Below are positions 20,685 to 30,142 of a stretch of DNA of 64,000 nt, in pieces; position 1 is the stretch's first letter, and every line of letters starts with the position of its first letter. This stretch comes from a virus. The notes below the pieces were generated by a model. That model was not told the origin of the DNA. It worked only from the letters and a program-made list of their open reading frames with translations, and made no database searches. The stretch is taken from IMG/VR virus record IMGVR_UViG_3300043567_001187, positions 30,486-94,485 of that record; one strand, written 5' to 3'. The translations under genes were made by a program, and so were the position numbers.

Positions 20685-21067
20685 GATAGTTTAAATACTC
20701 CTGTATTTTTAAATATGGTTACGGTAGCATCAATCGTAGAACTAACTAATAACATTAGTAAAGTCTTGATGTATCTACTTATAATAGGTTGTAAAAATGC
20801 TGGCACAAAGGGAATATTAACTATAACAAAAACCTTATCGTAAAACGATGATAACAATTCCATAGCTATAGTTTTTTTATCTTTACCAGCTAAATCTGGA
20901 TAATTAATTTGAATAGTTTGAACAATTTCCGCTACTGCTAATTGTAGTATTTTCCAAGCTTGATCTAAAGCAACACCTTTAATATTATTTAGGTTTTCTT
21001 GGTTGTTTTTTACTAGTTCTTGTAGTTTTAGATTTAACTTTTCTAGGTTTATCATTAGTATCACCAT
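20681..21067 (-). CDS. hypothetical protein
   Basis: Amphipathic helices, coupled ORF. Confidence 0.55.
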   Translation of the reverse strand: MVILMINLEKLNLKLQELVKNNQENLNNIKGVALDQAWKILQLAVAEIVQTIQINYPDLAGKDKKTIAMELLSSFYDKVFVIVNIPFVPAFLQPIISRYIKTLLMLLVSSTIDATVTIFKNTGVFKLS

Positions 21068-21341
21068 TATTAATTACTGGTTTAGGAATATCTTTTTGCT
21101 CATCACCCATCATGCTCCACCAAGTTTGTTTAATCTCTTTTCTACTATTAATATATTTCCAAAGAATGATTAATTGACCGCCAATTAAAATAATACTTTC
21201 AACACCATGACTAACATCTCTTATAAGATCTTCTTTTTGACTATTGTCACCTATTAATCCAAGCAGATATAAGCCACTAAAAATAAAGCTTACAGCTGTG
21301 AACCAAAATTCTGAGCTTTTCCAGCCAGGTTTATACTTCAT
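20985..21341 (-). CDS. holin-like 2-TM protein
   Basis: GWKSSEFW N-terminus, two TM segments, very basic C-terminus. Confidence 0.5.
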   Translation of the reverse strand: MKYKPGWKSSEFWFTAVSFIFSGLYLLGLIGDNSQKEDLIRDVSHGVESIILIGGQLIILWKYINSRKEIKQTWWSMMGDEQKDIPKPVINNGDTNDKPRKVKSKTTRTSKKQPRKPK

Positions 21342-21441
21342 ATTTTATTCTCCATACTATTTTACACCAGAATGGAGTAAGATAAAAAGACATTATATTA
21401 ATCCAAGAATACTTGATTCATTAATGGTCTACTCTCTCAAG

Positions 21442-22581
21442 TTAGTACGGAGCGGTGGGCGGGGTGAAGTTGGCGGTGTAGAGGGCCGCGCCTTTAACGA
21501 TCCGCATCTCGTCGATGTAGCCTTTAAACCAGTAAGCACTGTATCCAACCCCGATCTTGCCAATCTGGAGGCTCGAACCCGGCCCCTGCGTCGAATCTCC
21601 TTCAAGGTCAACCGTGCCGACAATCGCCCCGTCAAGAAATATCCTGCCAGTGTTTCCGCTTCTGGTCGCCGCTATGTGATACCACTGATTCGCAGACACC
21701 GATCCACCGCGGGCGTCTGTAGCGCTCAAGTAATTTGAGCCTAGCCACACCTCGCCATCGTCAATGCCAAGAATAAAGTCGGCAAGACTGTCATCCCACA
21801 GGGAAAGAACCGCTCGCTCGCCGCCGGTAACGTCCGTTGGGTAAATCCATGCCTCAACCGTCCAATCGCCGGCCGTGAAGTCGAGGCTAGAGAACCCCTC
21901 GACTCGCAGATACTCGTCAGTGCCGTTCAGGAGAAGGCTTGATCCACCAAACTTGCTTTGGGCAGTCGAAATCGTGGCGCTACCGCCCCGAGTGACGGAG
22001 TAGTTATTGACCGAAGAGTCCGCGAACGTGGTTGCGTTGTTGGCCCCGTCAAAGTGCAGAAGTAAAGTTGTTAGGTTTGGATACATTCCTAATATATCGG
22101 AGTTTGCTATTCCTAATATTTTTCTATTAACAATAATATTATCAGCAGCGATATTAGTTATATTCTGTGAATTATTATTAAAAGTTATACTACCACTAAC
22201 TATATTATTGCTAGTGTCCCCTTTGAAAATTGCATTATCATTAAAAATACAATTTCCTATTATGTTACCGACACTATCATGTCGTGACGTATGATTAAAT
22301 GTACAGTCTCCTGTAATAGTTCCTTCAAGGCGTGAATTCTCATTAAAAGTCGCCATCCCAGTAACGGTAATAATGATCCCTAAACTAGAGTAATTCTGTA
22401 CCGTCAAGTTCGCTACTGTTGGCTCACTACCACTATTACTAGCTATACTAGCTGATGCTATTACATTATCACTACTAGATGGCAAACTTGTGGCCGGTGT
22501 TGTAAAAGTAGCATCAGTCCACCAGTTGTCAAGTTCGGTCCACTCACTATCTACTGCACCATTGAAATATAAAGTTGCCAT
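21442..22581 (-). CDS. fibre/adhesin-like protein: beta-helix repeats + LamG (ConA-like) domain
   Basis: xFNxNS repeats; LLLHFDG, SKFGGSSL, WTVEAWIYP, WYHIAATR, GYIDEMRIVKG, FTPPTAP. Confidence 0.8.
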   Translation of the reverse strand: MATLYFNGAVDSEWTELDNWWTDATFTTPATSLPSSSDNVIASASIASNSGSEPTVANLTVQNYSSLGIIITVTGMATFNENSRLEGTITGDCTFNHTSRHDSVGNIIGNCIFNDNAIFKGDTSNNIVSGSITFNNNSQNITNIAADNIIVNRKILGIANSDILGMYPNLTTLLLHFDGANNATTFADSSVNNYSVTRGGSATISTAQSKFGGSSLLLNGTDEYLRVEGFSSLDFTAGDWTVEAWIYPTDVTGGERAVLSLWDDSLADFILGIDDGEVWLGSNYLSATDARGGSVSANQWYHIAATRSGNTGRIFLDGAIVGTVDLEGDSTQGPGSSLQIGKIGVGYSAYWFKGYIDEMRIVKGAALYTANFTPPTAPY

Positions 22582-23492
22582 TATACTATTCCTAATATAG
22601 AGGATCCATTAACACCCTTTGTTCGATTAACAACTACGGTACCTAAACCAACTTTATTTATTGAGCTATCATTAAATATTACATTATCTACTCCCTGGTA
22701 TATTAGTGCATTATCAGTCATATAACTATTATGATTAAAAATAACTAATGAAGTACTTGTTATCGAACCATCCTCTTCAATATAACTATAATCATTAAAG
22801 ATAATGGTTCCATCCACACTGCTAGCATAGCCATAATACCTTATATAACTATGATCATTAAATGTAATGTTATCTATAGCTGCTACTCCCCCTGTATCAG
22901 AAAGCACATAAGAACTATCATTAAATATAGCATTAGATGTTCTTAGACCAGCATCACTGGTATAATCAATATAGGAATAATCATTGAAGGTTGCAGTACC
23001 AATAATATCTAATAAGTTTGTAGAACTAGATATCCCACCATCAAAATGCGAATAATCCTTAAAAACAACATCTCCATCAATTTGTGCTAAGTCTATTCCT
23101 AGAATATATGAAGTACCATTTAGAATAACATTACCACTAACAACACAACCAATACTAGCACTATTATATAGAGATATATCACCATTTACTGTGGTGAGTC
23201 CGGTTATATTACTATTTCCATTAAGAACGATTTCATTAGTAACATATATGGCTATACTATCTTCTTCTGTTTGCGGCTGGATATAAGAACCATTATTCAT
23301 TGTTAAACTAAGTATAGTTATGGAACTTCCAGTATTACTTGTTACAGCACCTTCATTTAGTATCACATTGTCTCCACTAGAAGGTAAAACTGTGGCTTGA
23401 TTTGAGTAGTTTGTTCCGTCAAAAGTCATCCACCAGTTGTCTAGTGTGGTCCATTCAGAGTCAACGGCACCATTAAAATAAAAAGTGGGCAT
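22581..23492 (-). CDS. beta-helix repeat protein, paralog of 21442..22581
   Basis: Shared YFNGAVDSEWTxLDNWW N-terminus; ~22-aa FNDxSY repeats. Confidence 0.75.
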   Translation of the reverse strand: MPTFYFNGAVDSEWTTLDNWWMTFDGTNYSNQATVLPSSGDNVILNEGAVTSNTGSSITILSLTMNNGSYIQPQTEEDSIAIYVTNEIVLNGNSNITGLTTVNGDISLYNSASIGCVVSGNVILNGTSYILGIDLAQIDGDVVFKDYSHFDGGISSSTNLLDIIGTATFNDYSYIDYTSDAGLRTSNAIFNDSSYVLSDTGGVAAIDNITFNDHSYIRYYGYASSVDGTIIFNDYSYIEEDGSITSTSLVIFNHNSYMTDNALIYQGVDNVIFNDSSINKVGLGTVVVNRTKGVNGSSILGIV

Positions 23493-23503
23493 AAAATACC
23501 TAA

Positions 23504-23797
23504 TCAGTTGATGAACAAATCTGTTAGTACTTTAGAAGCATTGTTTCCTAATAATTCTAAAATTCTAGCTTCAGCTTGAACTTGAGTATAATCCCCTATA
23601 TTTGTGTACTCTTGATCTTTCCATAAAACTAAAGCTTTTGGTATGCCCATTATTTTAGCAATAACGTTTTTTCTTTTGCTATTATCTATTAATGTAATAT
23701 CAAGCTCGTTTAATGTAATAGGATTAAAACTTCGTATTGTTCCATCTTTTCTTGTAAAGCTTGGAGGAGTAAAAGATATCGGATTTGGTAGATTCAT
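23504..23797 (-). CDS. hypothetical protein
   Basis: ORF within the fibre locus. Confidence 0.6.
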   Translation of the reverse strand: MNLPNPISFTPPSFTRKDGTIRSFNPITLNELDITLIDNSKRKNVIAKIMGIPKALVLWKDQEYTNIGDYTQVQAEARILELLGNNASKVLTDLFIN

Positions 23798-23800
23798 ATA

Positions 23801-24271
23801 TTAGTATCCTGGTACAAAGGCGATAATGTCCCATTTGTTTCGACTACTATCATAAGTAGCGCCTAATATATCCATAGTTCCGCTAGAACTACTAAATGGT
23901 AGTGGACTAGAGGCACTGCTTGGAATTCTAAAATTATTACCAAGAGTTAGTGGGATGCCACTGTTAGCATAACTTATTCTCCATCTTAAACTTTGACCAT
24001 CAGAACCATTAGTTGGATCAGCTAAAAGGCCACTACCAGCAAGCGTTAAATCAAAAATACCACCAAGACTAGCGTCTGTAGCAATACTACCGCTTATACT
24101 ACCTAGTTGTACAACGACTGCCGATGCTCCCCCAATAGCGACACTTATTTGGCTAAGACTAATCTTTTTGGTGACGCCGCTACCAGCCGGATCATCCATA
24201 AAAAGAAAAACGTCATCATTGGTTAGGTTGCCGCTTCCTTCTGGAAATTCATTAATGCGATAAACTGGCAT
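23801..24271 (-). CDS. putative virion/fibre protein
   Basis: RINEFP..DDVFLFMD..TKKISL N-terminal motif seen in phage fibre proteins; ends KWDIIAFVPGY. Confidence 0.55.
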   Translation of the reverse strand: MPVYRINEFPEGSGNLTNDDVFLFMDDPAGSGVTKKISLSQISVAIGGASAVVVQLGSISGSIATDASLGGIFDLTLAGSGLLADPTNGSDGQSLRWRISYANSGIPLTLGNNFRIPSSASSPLPFSSSSGTMDILGATYDSSRNKWDIIAFVPGY

Positions 24272-24272
24272 A

Positions 24273-24494
24273 TTAACCCCCTACTATAATTTGATTACTA
24301 CCAGTTAATTCTACAAAAATACCATTATAGAATCTATTATCAAACTTACTTTGTATAGTCTCTAAAGTAGGAGTATTCAGAACATAGGTGTCTAGAACGT
24401 CTTTATCAGAAAATCCTGTTGGTTTACATCCTACTACTATTGTACCATTTTTTATATCGTTAGAGGTTTTAGCTTTTAGAATATCATTTGCCAT
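24273..24494 (-). CDS. hypothetical protein
   Basis: ORF. Confidence 0.55.
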   Translation of the reverse strand: MANDILKAKTSNDIKNGTIVVGCKPTGFSDKDVLDTYVLNTPTLETIQSKFDNRFYNGIFVELTGSNQIIVGG

Positions 24495-24497
24495 AAA

Positions 24498-24818
24498 TTA
24501 TACCCTTTCTATTCTTTCTTCTAGTGCTTCTAGTGTTTTACCTAATATGCCTATTTGAACTTTTAATTCATTCATAACGTCGCTATTTCTTTGTAGCGCA
24601 TTAGCGAACGCTGCTTGATTTTCTTTATTACTATTTAATCTTTCCATTATAAATTGTCTATCATGCACATACGGAGATTGAGTTTCTATCATAACTAATA
24701 CTTCTGATTTTGTGGCCATATTACGACCAATCGCAACCCAAAAACCTAGCATAGTAACTATAATACCAATACTAGTAGTAGCAATATTTTCCCAGAAATG
24801 AATAATAGTGTCTGTCAT
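24498..24818 (-). CDS. TM + coiled-coil protein
   Basis: IGIIVTMLGFWVAIG followed by heptad repeats. Confidence 0.6.
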   Translation of the reverse strand: MTDTIIHFWENIATTSIGIIVTMLGFWVAIGRNMATKSEVLVMIETQSPYVHDRQFIMERLNSNKENQAAFANALQRNSDVMNELKVQIGILGKTLEALEERIERV

Positions 24819-24840
24819 ATGGTTCTCACTATATAACAAA

Positions 24841-24868
24841 AGCCATAAAGGATATACACCTTATGGCC
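24841..24868 (-). terminator. hairpin with U-run, containing a GGTGTA motif
   Basis: GGCCAUAAGG-UGUAUAU-CCUUUAUGGCU-UUUG. Confidence 0.55.
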
Positions 24869-24900
24869 TTGTTATCTTATAAAGTTTTTAGTAATTAAAA

Positions 24901-25467
24901 TCAGTTAGTTTTAGCCTTGTAATTATCATTATATGGAGTATTAGAACCTCTCATATAGGTTAATTCGCCAGGAACTTCTCTAGTTGGTGTTGCAGCCTCA
25001 TCTGTGGCTAGAGCGTCTACAGCAACCACAGGAAAGCCACTATCAAAAGTATTGGTTACTCTATTATACTTATTGGCTCTAACTGCCGATGTAAATCTGC
25101 GAGTTCTAACCGTTTCAACCTTATTAATACTGCGTACTGTATCTCCATCATTTCCTGGGGTTAGGATACTAGTATTAGCCACACCAGCAATTTCGTTAGT
25201 AATTAAACTAGAAAGTGGTTTGGTGTTATTGTATGCAAAAGTACCACCACTAATAGCTTTACCAGCATAATCTTTGACTGTTACGCTATCTTCTACAACC
25301 TTGGAACCAAAAGCATCTACTGGACCAACAACAGTTTTAACTTGATCCATTACATTGGATGCTGATGATCCGTTAGCTTTCATTGTGCCGTTATCATTAT
25401 TGGCTTCTGAAAATGAACCATAGGGGGTGCTTGTTAAAGATGAACCATTTACTTGTACTGTGGCCAT
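24901..25467 (-). CDS. putative virion structural protein
   Basis: S/T/G/N-rich, strong SD, upstream GGTGTA. Confidence 0.5.
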   Translation of the reverse strand: MATVQVNGSSLTSTPYGSFSEANNDNGTMKANGSSASNVMDQVKTVVGPVDAFGSKVVEDSVTVKDYAGKAISGGTFAYNNTKPLSSLITNEIAGVANTSILTPGNDGDTVRSINKVETVRTRRFTSAVRANKYNRVTNTFDSGFPVVAVDALATDEAATPTREVPGELTYMRGSNTPYNDNYKAKTN

Positions 25468-25516
25468 TATATTACTCCATATATGGTAGGATATATTGCT
25501 AAGTGTTTATACACCA

Positions 25517-26179
25517 TTATTTCTTTAAAGAAGAATTAAAAGCTACGAAATTTTTAAGACTATTGATAGAGGATGTTCTAAAACCGAATAGGCCAGATTT
25601 AATCATGGTTTCAAAATGCTTATCACACCACATATTTCCTGTACATAACACATTTAAGTCTTTAGAGTTTTGATGCAGGAAGATGGATGCTAGAATATTA
25701 TCGGCTAAATTATCTATAAAATAACCACTAGAAGGATAAATAAACTTAATATTATTGTTGTCAAAAATTTCACAAATCTTTTTAAGGCAATAGTGGTCAA
25801 AAACCCTGTATTCTAAAATATATCTCATCTCTATATTTTTTTCATTACAGTATTCTGAACAAACTTTGATATCTTCACGAATTTTATCATATTTTCTATT
25901 AGCTGCTAGATTTTGTGGCATACTAATATCCACAGTACAGGCACCAGCAGCATTAGCCTGCTCAATAGAGTATCTGCGACTTTTAATATCAGCAATACCT
26001 AATGGATAATCTATAAGACAGGATAATTTATTATCTGTAGGTATTAGGTTTTTAAAAGACTTAATGAGATAGTAAGGAACCGTTATACTATTAACCGTAT
26101 AGTTTTTAATTTCTTGTAATATTGTTTTTGCTTCTGATTCACTAATCTCAGTATTTATAATAGCAAAATCAATATACAT
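25517..26179 (-). CDS. DeoC (deoxyribose-phosphate aldolase)-fold protein, catalytic lysines absent
   Basis: IDYPLG, GACTVD, RYILE, FIYPSSG, FRTSS. Confidence 0.65.
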   Translation of the reverse strand: MYIDFAIINTEISESEAKTILQEIKNYTVNSITVPYYLIKSFKNLIPTDNKLSCLIDYPLGIADIKSRRYSIEQANAAGACTVDISMPQNLAANRKYDKIREDIKVCSEYCNEKNIEMRYILEYRVFDHYCLKKICEIFDNNNIKFIYPSSGYFIDNLADNILASIFLHQNSKDLNVLCTGNMWCDKHFETMIKSGLFGFRTSSINSLKNFVAFNSSLKK

Positions 26180-26183
26180 AACG

Positions 26184-26858
26184 TTATTTCTTTTTTAAGG
26201 TATTTTTTATATAGTCTATGTTAGGATATTTTTTTGAACCCAAGATACCATCAGCAAAACCATAATGAACAGCTTCTTCTGCTGTTAAGATCCAATCTCT
26301 TTTTGTGGCTAATTGTGTTACTATGTGTTTACGTACAATCATTTTTTTCCAATTTTTACTTTTACATAGACTACTATTCATACACTTTTCTGTAAATATA
26401 TCAATCATCTTTTCACTCTCTTTTTCGCTCCAATGAACCATACTAAGGGCCGCTTTATGCTCATTGTCTATGCTCAATGATCCATAATGTATTAAAAAAT
26501 TAGTATTAGGACTTAATATTCTAAGATCTGCCGCCTGTAATAATACTGTACTACTGGATTCTACTTTAGCAGATGCGATGATAGCGACCTTTGCTTTGGA
26601 GCTTTTTATGCTATCATAGATACCTAAACAATCTTGCCAGTCTCCACCCGGAAGGTGCATATGTACAAGAATAGGATCTAAAGATAACAAGTTTAAATAT
26701 CTTAAGTTTTTTTCAAATACTATAGCTGATCTATAGTCTACTCCAGATTCTTCGTTTTCGTCAGAAATATATGAGTGTAAATATAGTTCTCTATTATCTA
26801 CATCTATATTATAGTCGTGTATATGGCTTAAATTAATATTATGACTATTCGTTGTCAT
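26184..26858 (-). CDS. clpP: ClpP-like protease
   Basis: PGGD..GIYD, VESS (Ser), LIHY (His), RDWILTAEEAVHYGFAD (Asp). Confidence 0.85.
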   Translation of the reverse strand: MTTNSHNINLSHIHDYNIDVDNRELYLHSYISDENEESGVDYRSAIVFEKNLRYLNLLSLDPILVHMHLPGGDWQDCLGIYDSIKSSKAKVAIIASAKVESSSTVLLQAADLRILSPNTNFLIHYGSLSIDNEHKAALSMVHWSEKESEKMIDIFTEKCMNSSLCKSKNWKKMIVRKHIVTQLATKRDWILTAEEAVHYGFADGILGSKKYPNIDYIKNTLKKK

Positions 26859-27273
26859 GTGTGTTATTTGGTCCTAAATGGTTATAAATCGTATCACTAA
26901 TTAATTTCATAGTTTCTGAATCATTAAAACATTTACCTATAGCAATTCTAAATCTGTATCTGGTAAAAATATCTAAAATTTCTACACCATGAATATTTTC
27001 TATAATACCCTTGATTTTTTCTGAAATATTAAAATTAGTATGACCTAACCAAAAATTAAATATTTTACTTGACGCCGTATGTTCATTATACGGAATAAGA
27101 CCAAGAGGAGATGCTATCACTTTGATTGGCTTACCAAGGTTGGTATGTTCATCAGAAGGGATCAGACTATCTGTTTCATGTATATCATTTTCATAGTCTG
27201 TCCATTTAGCATCATCCATATTTTCGCCAAACGGATCAACCCACTTTTCCCATTTTATCAAAGGTTTATTCAT
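26845..27273 (-). CDS. hypothetical protein
   Basis: ORF. Confidence 0.6.
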   Translation of the reverse strand: MNKPLIKWEKWVDPFGENMDDAKWTDYENDIHETDSLIPSDEHTNLGKPIKVIASPLGLIPYNEHTASSKIFNFWLGHTNFNISEKIKGIIENIHGVEILDIFTRYRFRIAIGKCFNDSETMKLISDTIYNHLGPNNTHDNE

Positions 27274-27647
27274 GATGTTTTATTGTTGTTAAATGCTTGT
27301 TGCTGAAATAAACTGGGTTTAACTATAGGAGGTTCTTCAGTCTCATGAATCTTAGAATTGATAGGATTTAAATGCAAAGACCATGTGTTAATCACATTAT
27401 AAATATAATCTTTATGCTGTGGATTTTTTTGAGCAATACCAAGTAGAATATCTAGAACATGCACTGCATAATAGCCACCACTTAAATAATATAAAAAATC
27501 TCCCGTTTTGGCAGCAGAGTCTGGATCTATGTTATCAAATAGAAAATCTACCTTAATATTATCTGTCTTATTGTCTAATATAAAACTAATAGTATTATTG
27601 TTTGATTCTTCTTCTATAACTTTTTTCCATGGCCATAGATTCATCAT
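27270..27647 (-). CDS. hypothetical protein
   Basis: ORF. Confidence 0.6.
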   Translation of the reverse strand: MMNLWPWKKVIEEESNNNTISFILDNKTDNIKVDFLFDNIDPDSAAKTGDFLYYLSGGYYAVHVLDILLGIAQKNPQHKDYIYNVINTWSLHLNPINSKIHETEEPPIVKPSLFQQQAFNNNKTS

Positions 27648-28036
27648 TTTAATTTTTGTATTACCTCTATTAGTAAAGGCATGTACTCTACTGGCTGTGA
27701 ATAGTCAAATTCAATCCAGTAACAATTATTTAAGCTAGTAGTATAATTAATTAAAAATCCATAAATAGTATTTAGTGTTTGAGTATCTGACACAATATGA
27801 TTTGAATGTAAAGATATTATCTGTGGTAATAATTCTAGATCACTAACAAAAACGTATTCTTTTAAAGATAGAATAATCTTATCATTAAGCTTATTGTCAG
27901 ATAGGTGGTCATTTATAACATTAAAAGACGGAATAGTTAACTTATCTTTATCTAAGGATAAAACATATTTTTTACCTAAAGAAATATTAGTTGTTAAAAC
28001 AACACAATTAATTTTAACTTCAAATTTATCGCTCAT
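27644..28036 (-). CDS. hypothetical protein
   Basis: ORF. Confidence 0.55.
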   Translation of the reverse strand: MSDKFEVKINCVVLTTNISLGKKYVLSLDKDKLTIPSFNVINDHLSDNKLNDKIILSLKEYVFVSDLELLPQIISLHSNHIVSDTQTLNTIYGFLINYTTSLNNCYWIEFDYSQPVEYMPLLIEVIQKLK

Positions 28037-28686
28037 GAAATACTTTCCTTGATATTTTCTATAGCTTTATTTAAGCCTTGCCTTACCGCTTCTCTAGTAA
28101 TACCGTATTTTTTGCCTATTTTTTCAAACGTATAAGATTCAAAATAATATAGCTTAATATACTCTTTTTGTCTAGCAGATATACAGTCTAACGACAACAG
28201 CTGTTGTACCAAATCTGACAGTTGCTCTTTTGATTCTTTTTGAATAGCTAAATCTTCTGGAGATAAATCTGACATATCTGATGTTATAGAAGATAGATTA
28301 GTGCCGTCGTCGTTATCTAAATTGAAGTCTAATGAGTATATTTTCTTAGTCTTCTTTTTATGTTTGCTATCCTTTGATATATATGTTTGTATAGCCCATA
28401 GAGCACATTGGTTTCTATATGAATATTTAGTTTTTTTAGTTCCTTTATCGTTTTTATAGTTGTCATCCCATCTCCAATCTGCCATCATCAGAGCATTAGC
28501 AACAGAAGATATAGCATCTTCATCTTTTAACATTTTAATGGCTAACCCATTATAAAAATTATTGGCAAATTTAGAAATGGCCTTTTTCGCCAATGTGACA
28601 TAAATATGTAAACTATCAAATTGAATATCTTTATGATCTTTATAATTTATCTTTTGTTTACCCACACCCTGTAGTTGTAATAGCAT
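28033..28686 (-). CDS. phage sigma70-family sigma factor
   Basis: Region 2-like ALMMADWRWD..YSYRNQCALWAI; region 4 HTH YTFEKIGKKYGITREAVRQ. Confidence 0.82.
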   Translation of the reverse strand: MLLQLQGVGKQKINYKDHKDIQFDSLHIYVTLAKKAISKFANNFYNGLAIKMLKDEDAISSVANALMMADWRWDDNYKNDKGTKKTKYSYRNQCALWAIQTYISKDSKHKKKTKKIYSLDFNLDNDDGTNLSSITSDMSDLSPEDLAIQKESKEQLSDLVQQLLSLDCISARQKEYIKLYYFESYTFEKIGKKYGITREAVRQGLNKAIENIKESIS

Positions 28687-28692
28687 TATTTA

Positions 28693-29019
28693 TTATCCTT
28701 TAATTAAGAAGTCCTTTGGAACATTATGATTAATTACGTCCTGAACTAAGTTTTTAAGATTATTTCTTAGTTTATATCTACTATTCTTATCAAATCCTAA
28801 ACCCATATCTTCACTATAATCCATGTTGTAGTCAGTATAGTATTTTTCTATTATCCTATCCCACTCATCGTCCGTTAAATCTCTACCTATACTATTGGAT
28901 AAATGATAAGACAACTGGTCTAGACTCTTAATAACCACATCATTATTCTGATATTGATGCTTATTCAGTAGTCTTTGTTTAATCCATGCGATAAATCGCA
29001 CACAGTCCGAAAGTAACAT
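28693..29019 (-). CDS. hypothetical protein
   Basis: ORF. Confidence 0.55.
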   Translation of the reverse strand: MLLSDCVRFIAWIKQRLLNKHQYQNNDVVIKSLDQLSYHLSNSIGRDLTDDEWDRIIEKYYTDYNMDYSEDMGLGFDKNSRYKLRNNLKNLVQDVINHNVPKDFLIKG

Positions 29020-29026
29020 TTAAAAT

Positions 29027-29560
29027 TTACTTAGTTAGTTTTTTCCACTGGTCTGGATCTGGTCTATCCTTATCTCCCCTTTTTGCTGGTTTGTATTTTT
29101 TACCCATTCTTTCTTTTTTCTTACGAATATTATCCCAAAGTCCAGGTTTACTACCAGCATCAGTAGTATCGGCACTAGATGCTACAAACATGACAAAATC
29201 ATGAATGCTTCTCATCTGATCCTCCACAACAGCGATCATACCCTGTAGGTGTGATGCTGTCAAGTTTTCCTTAACGTTTTCGTTATTTAGATTGTCTAGT
29301 ATATTTTTAGCGTGATTCATAACAGCATTAAGAGAGCCAACGCTCATATTATAAAAGTCGTTTTTATATTCCATCATTTCTGTCTCTGGACTCTCTTCCT
29401 CTATCTCCTCAATATCTGTAAAATCAGTAGACTCATTAGCTACCAACTTATTAAATGTAGAGATAAATTCTTTTAGCATATCTCCAATATTAGAAATGGT
29501 ATATTCTTCTGTTTTTGATGAAGTATTATGGATCTCTAAGAGATCGTCTATATTTGACAT
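29027..29560 (-). CDS. hypothetical protein, acidic N-terminus and basic PGLWDNIRKK tail
   Basis: C-terminal motif recurrent in large-phage proteins. Confidence 0.6.
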   Translation of the reverse strand: MSNIDDLLEIHNTSSKTEEYTISNIGDMLKEFISTFNKLVANESTDFTDIEEIEEESPETEMMEYKNDFYNMSVGSLNAVMNHAKNILDNLNNENVKENLTASHLQGMIAVVEDQMRSIHDFVMFVASSADTTDAGSKPGLWDNIRKKKERMGKKYKPAKRGDKDRPDPDQWKKLTK

Positions 29561-29581
29561 TTAAAATTAACTCCTATTTAA

Positions 29582-30142
29582 TTACCAGGCTTTACAACTC
29601 CAATATCGAGCCTTCCACTTGGGACCAGGATTATCACAATTGTGTCGTGCTCTAAAACTTTTACGTCTTGATGGAATATTTTTTTTGATTTTCATGTTTT
29701 TGTCACCGAAGCGCACAATAACAACTTTACCCTTATCATTCTTAACATAAACCGCTGATTTCTTAGGACCGTCTGGTGTTCTAAAAGGTTTATTGAGAGT
29801 CACTTTACGTCCTTGATATTCTGAGGCTACTATGTGTGAGATATCGTACTCTTCAGTTTCTTCTCCAGCGTCTACATAATCTTCATCTTTAGGAATAACT
29901 AGATTAGATAGTGTTAATTCCTCAGATTCTCCACAATCTTCACACTCAAAAGAACTAGCTAATCCTAGAATTTCTAAAACCTGATCTAACAAACTACCCT
30001 TACCCTGTTTTTTAGTTTGTCCTAAGCATATAGCAACCCTTTGTTTACTATCTGGATACTCTTTTTTCATTGTTTCATTGCCCATGCAGCGAGCAACAAA
30101 ATCCGACCCTTTTTCATCGTCTTTTGGTTTTGGAATTGGCAT
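29582..30142 (-). CDS. DUF6321-like phage protein
   Basis: LNKPFRTP.GPKK.AVYV, VRFGD, RRKSFRARHNC, ARYWSC. Confidence 0.7.
   Translation of the reverse strand: MPIPKPKDDEKGSDFVARCMGNETMKKEYPDSKQRVAICLGQTKKQGKGSLLDQVLEILGLASSFECEDCGESEELTLSNLVIPKDEDYVDAGEETEEYDISHIVASEYQGRKVTLNKPFRTPDGPKKSAVYVKNDKGKVVIVRFGDKNMKIKKNIPSRRKSFRARHNCDNPGPKWKARYWSCKAW

Noticed and set aside
21244-22294. Arg-rich alternative ORFs (21244..21738, 21429..21635, 22007..22294)
   Set aside because: By-products of the high-GC LamG segment, which has few stop codons
21442-23492. Diversity-generating retroelement target
   Set aside because: No reverse transcriptase and no near-identical TR/VR pair differing at adenines in the window
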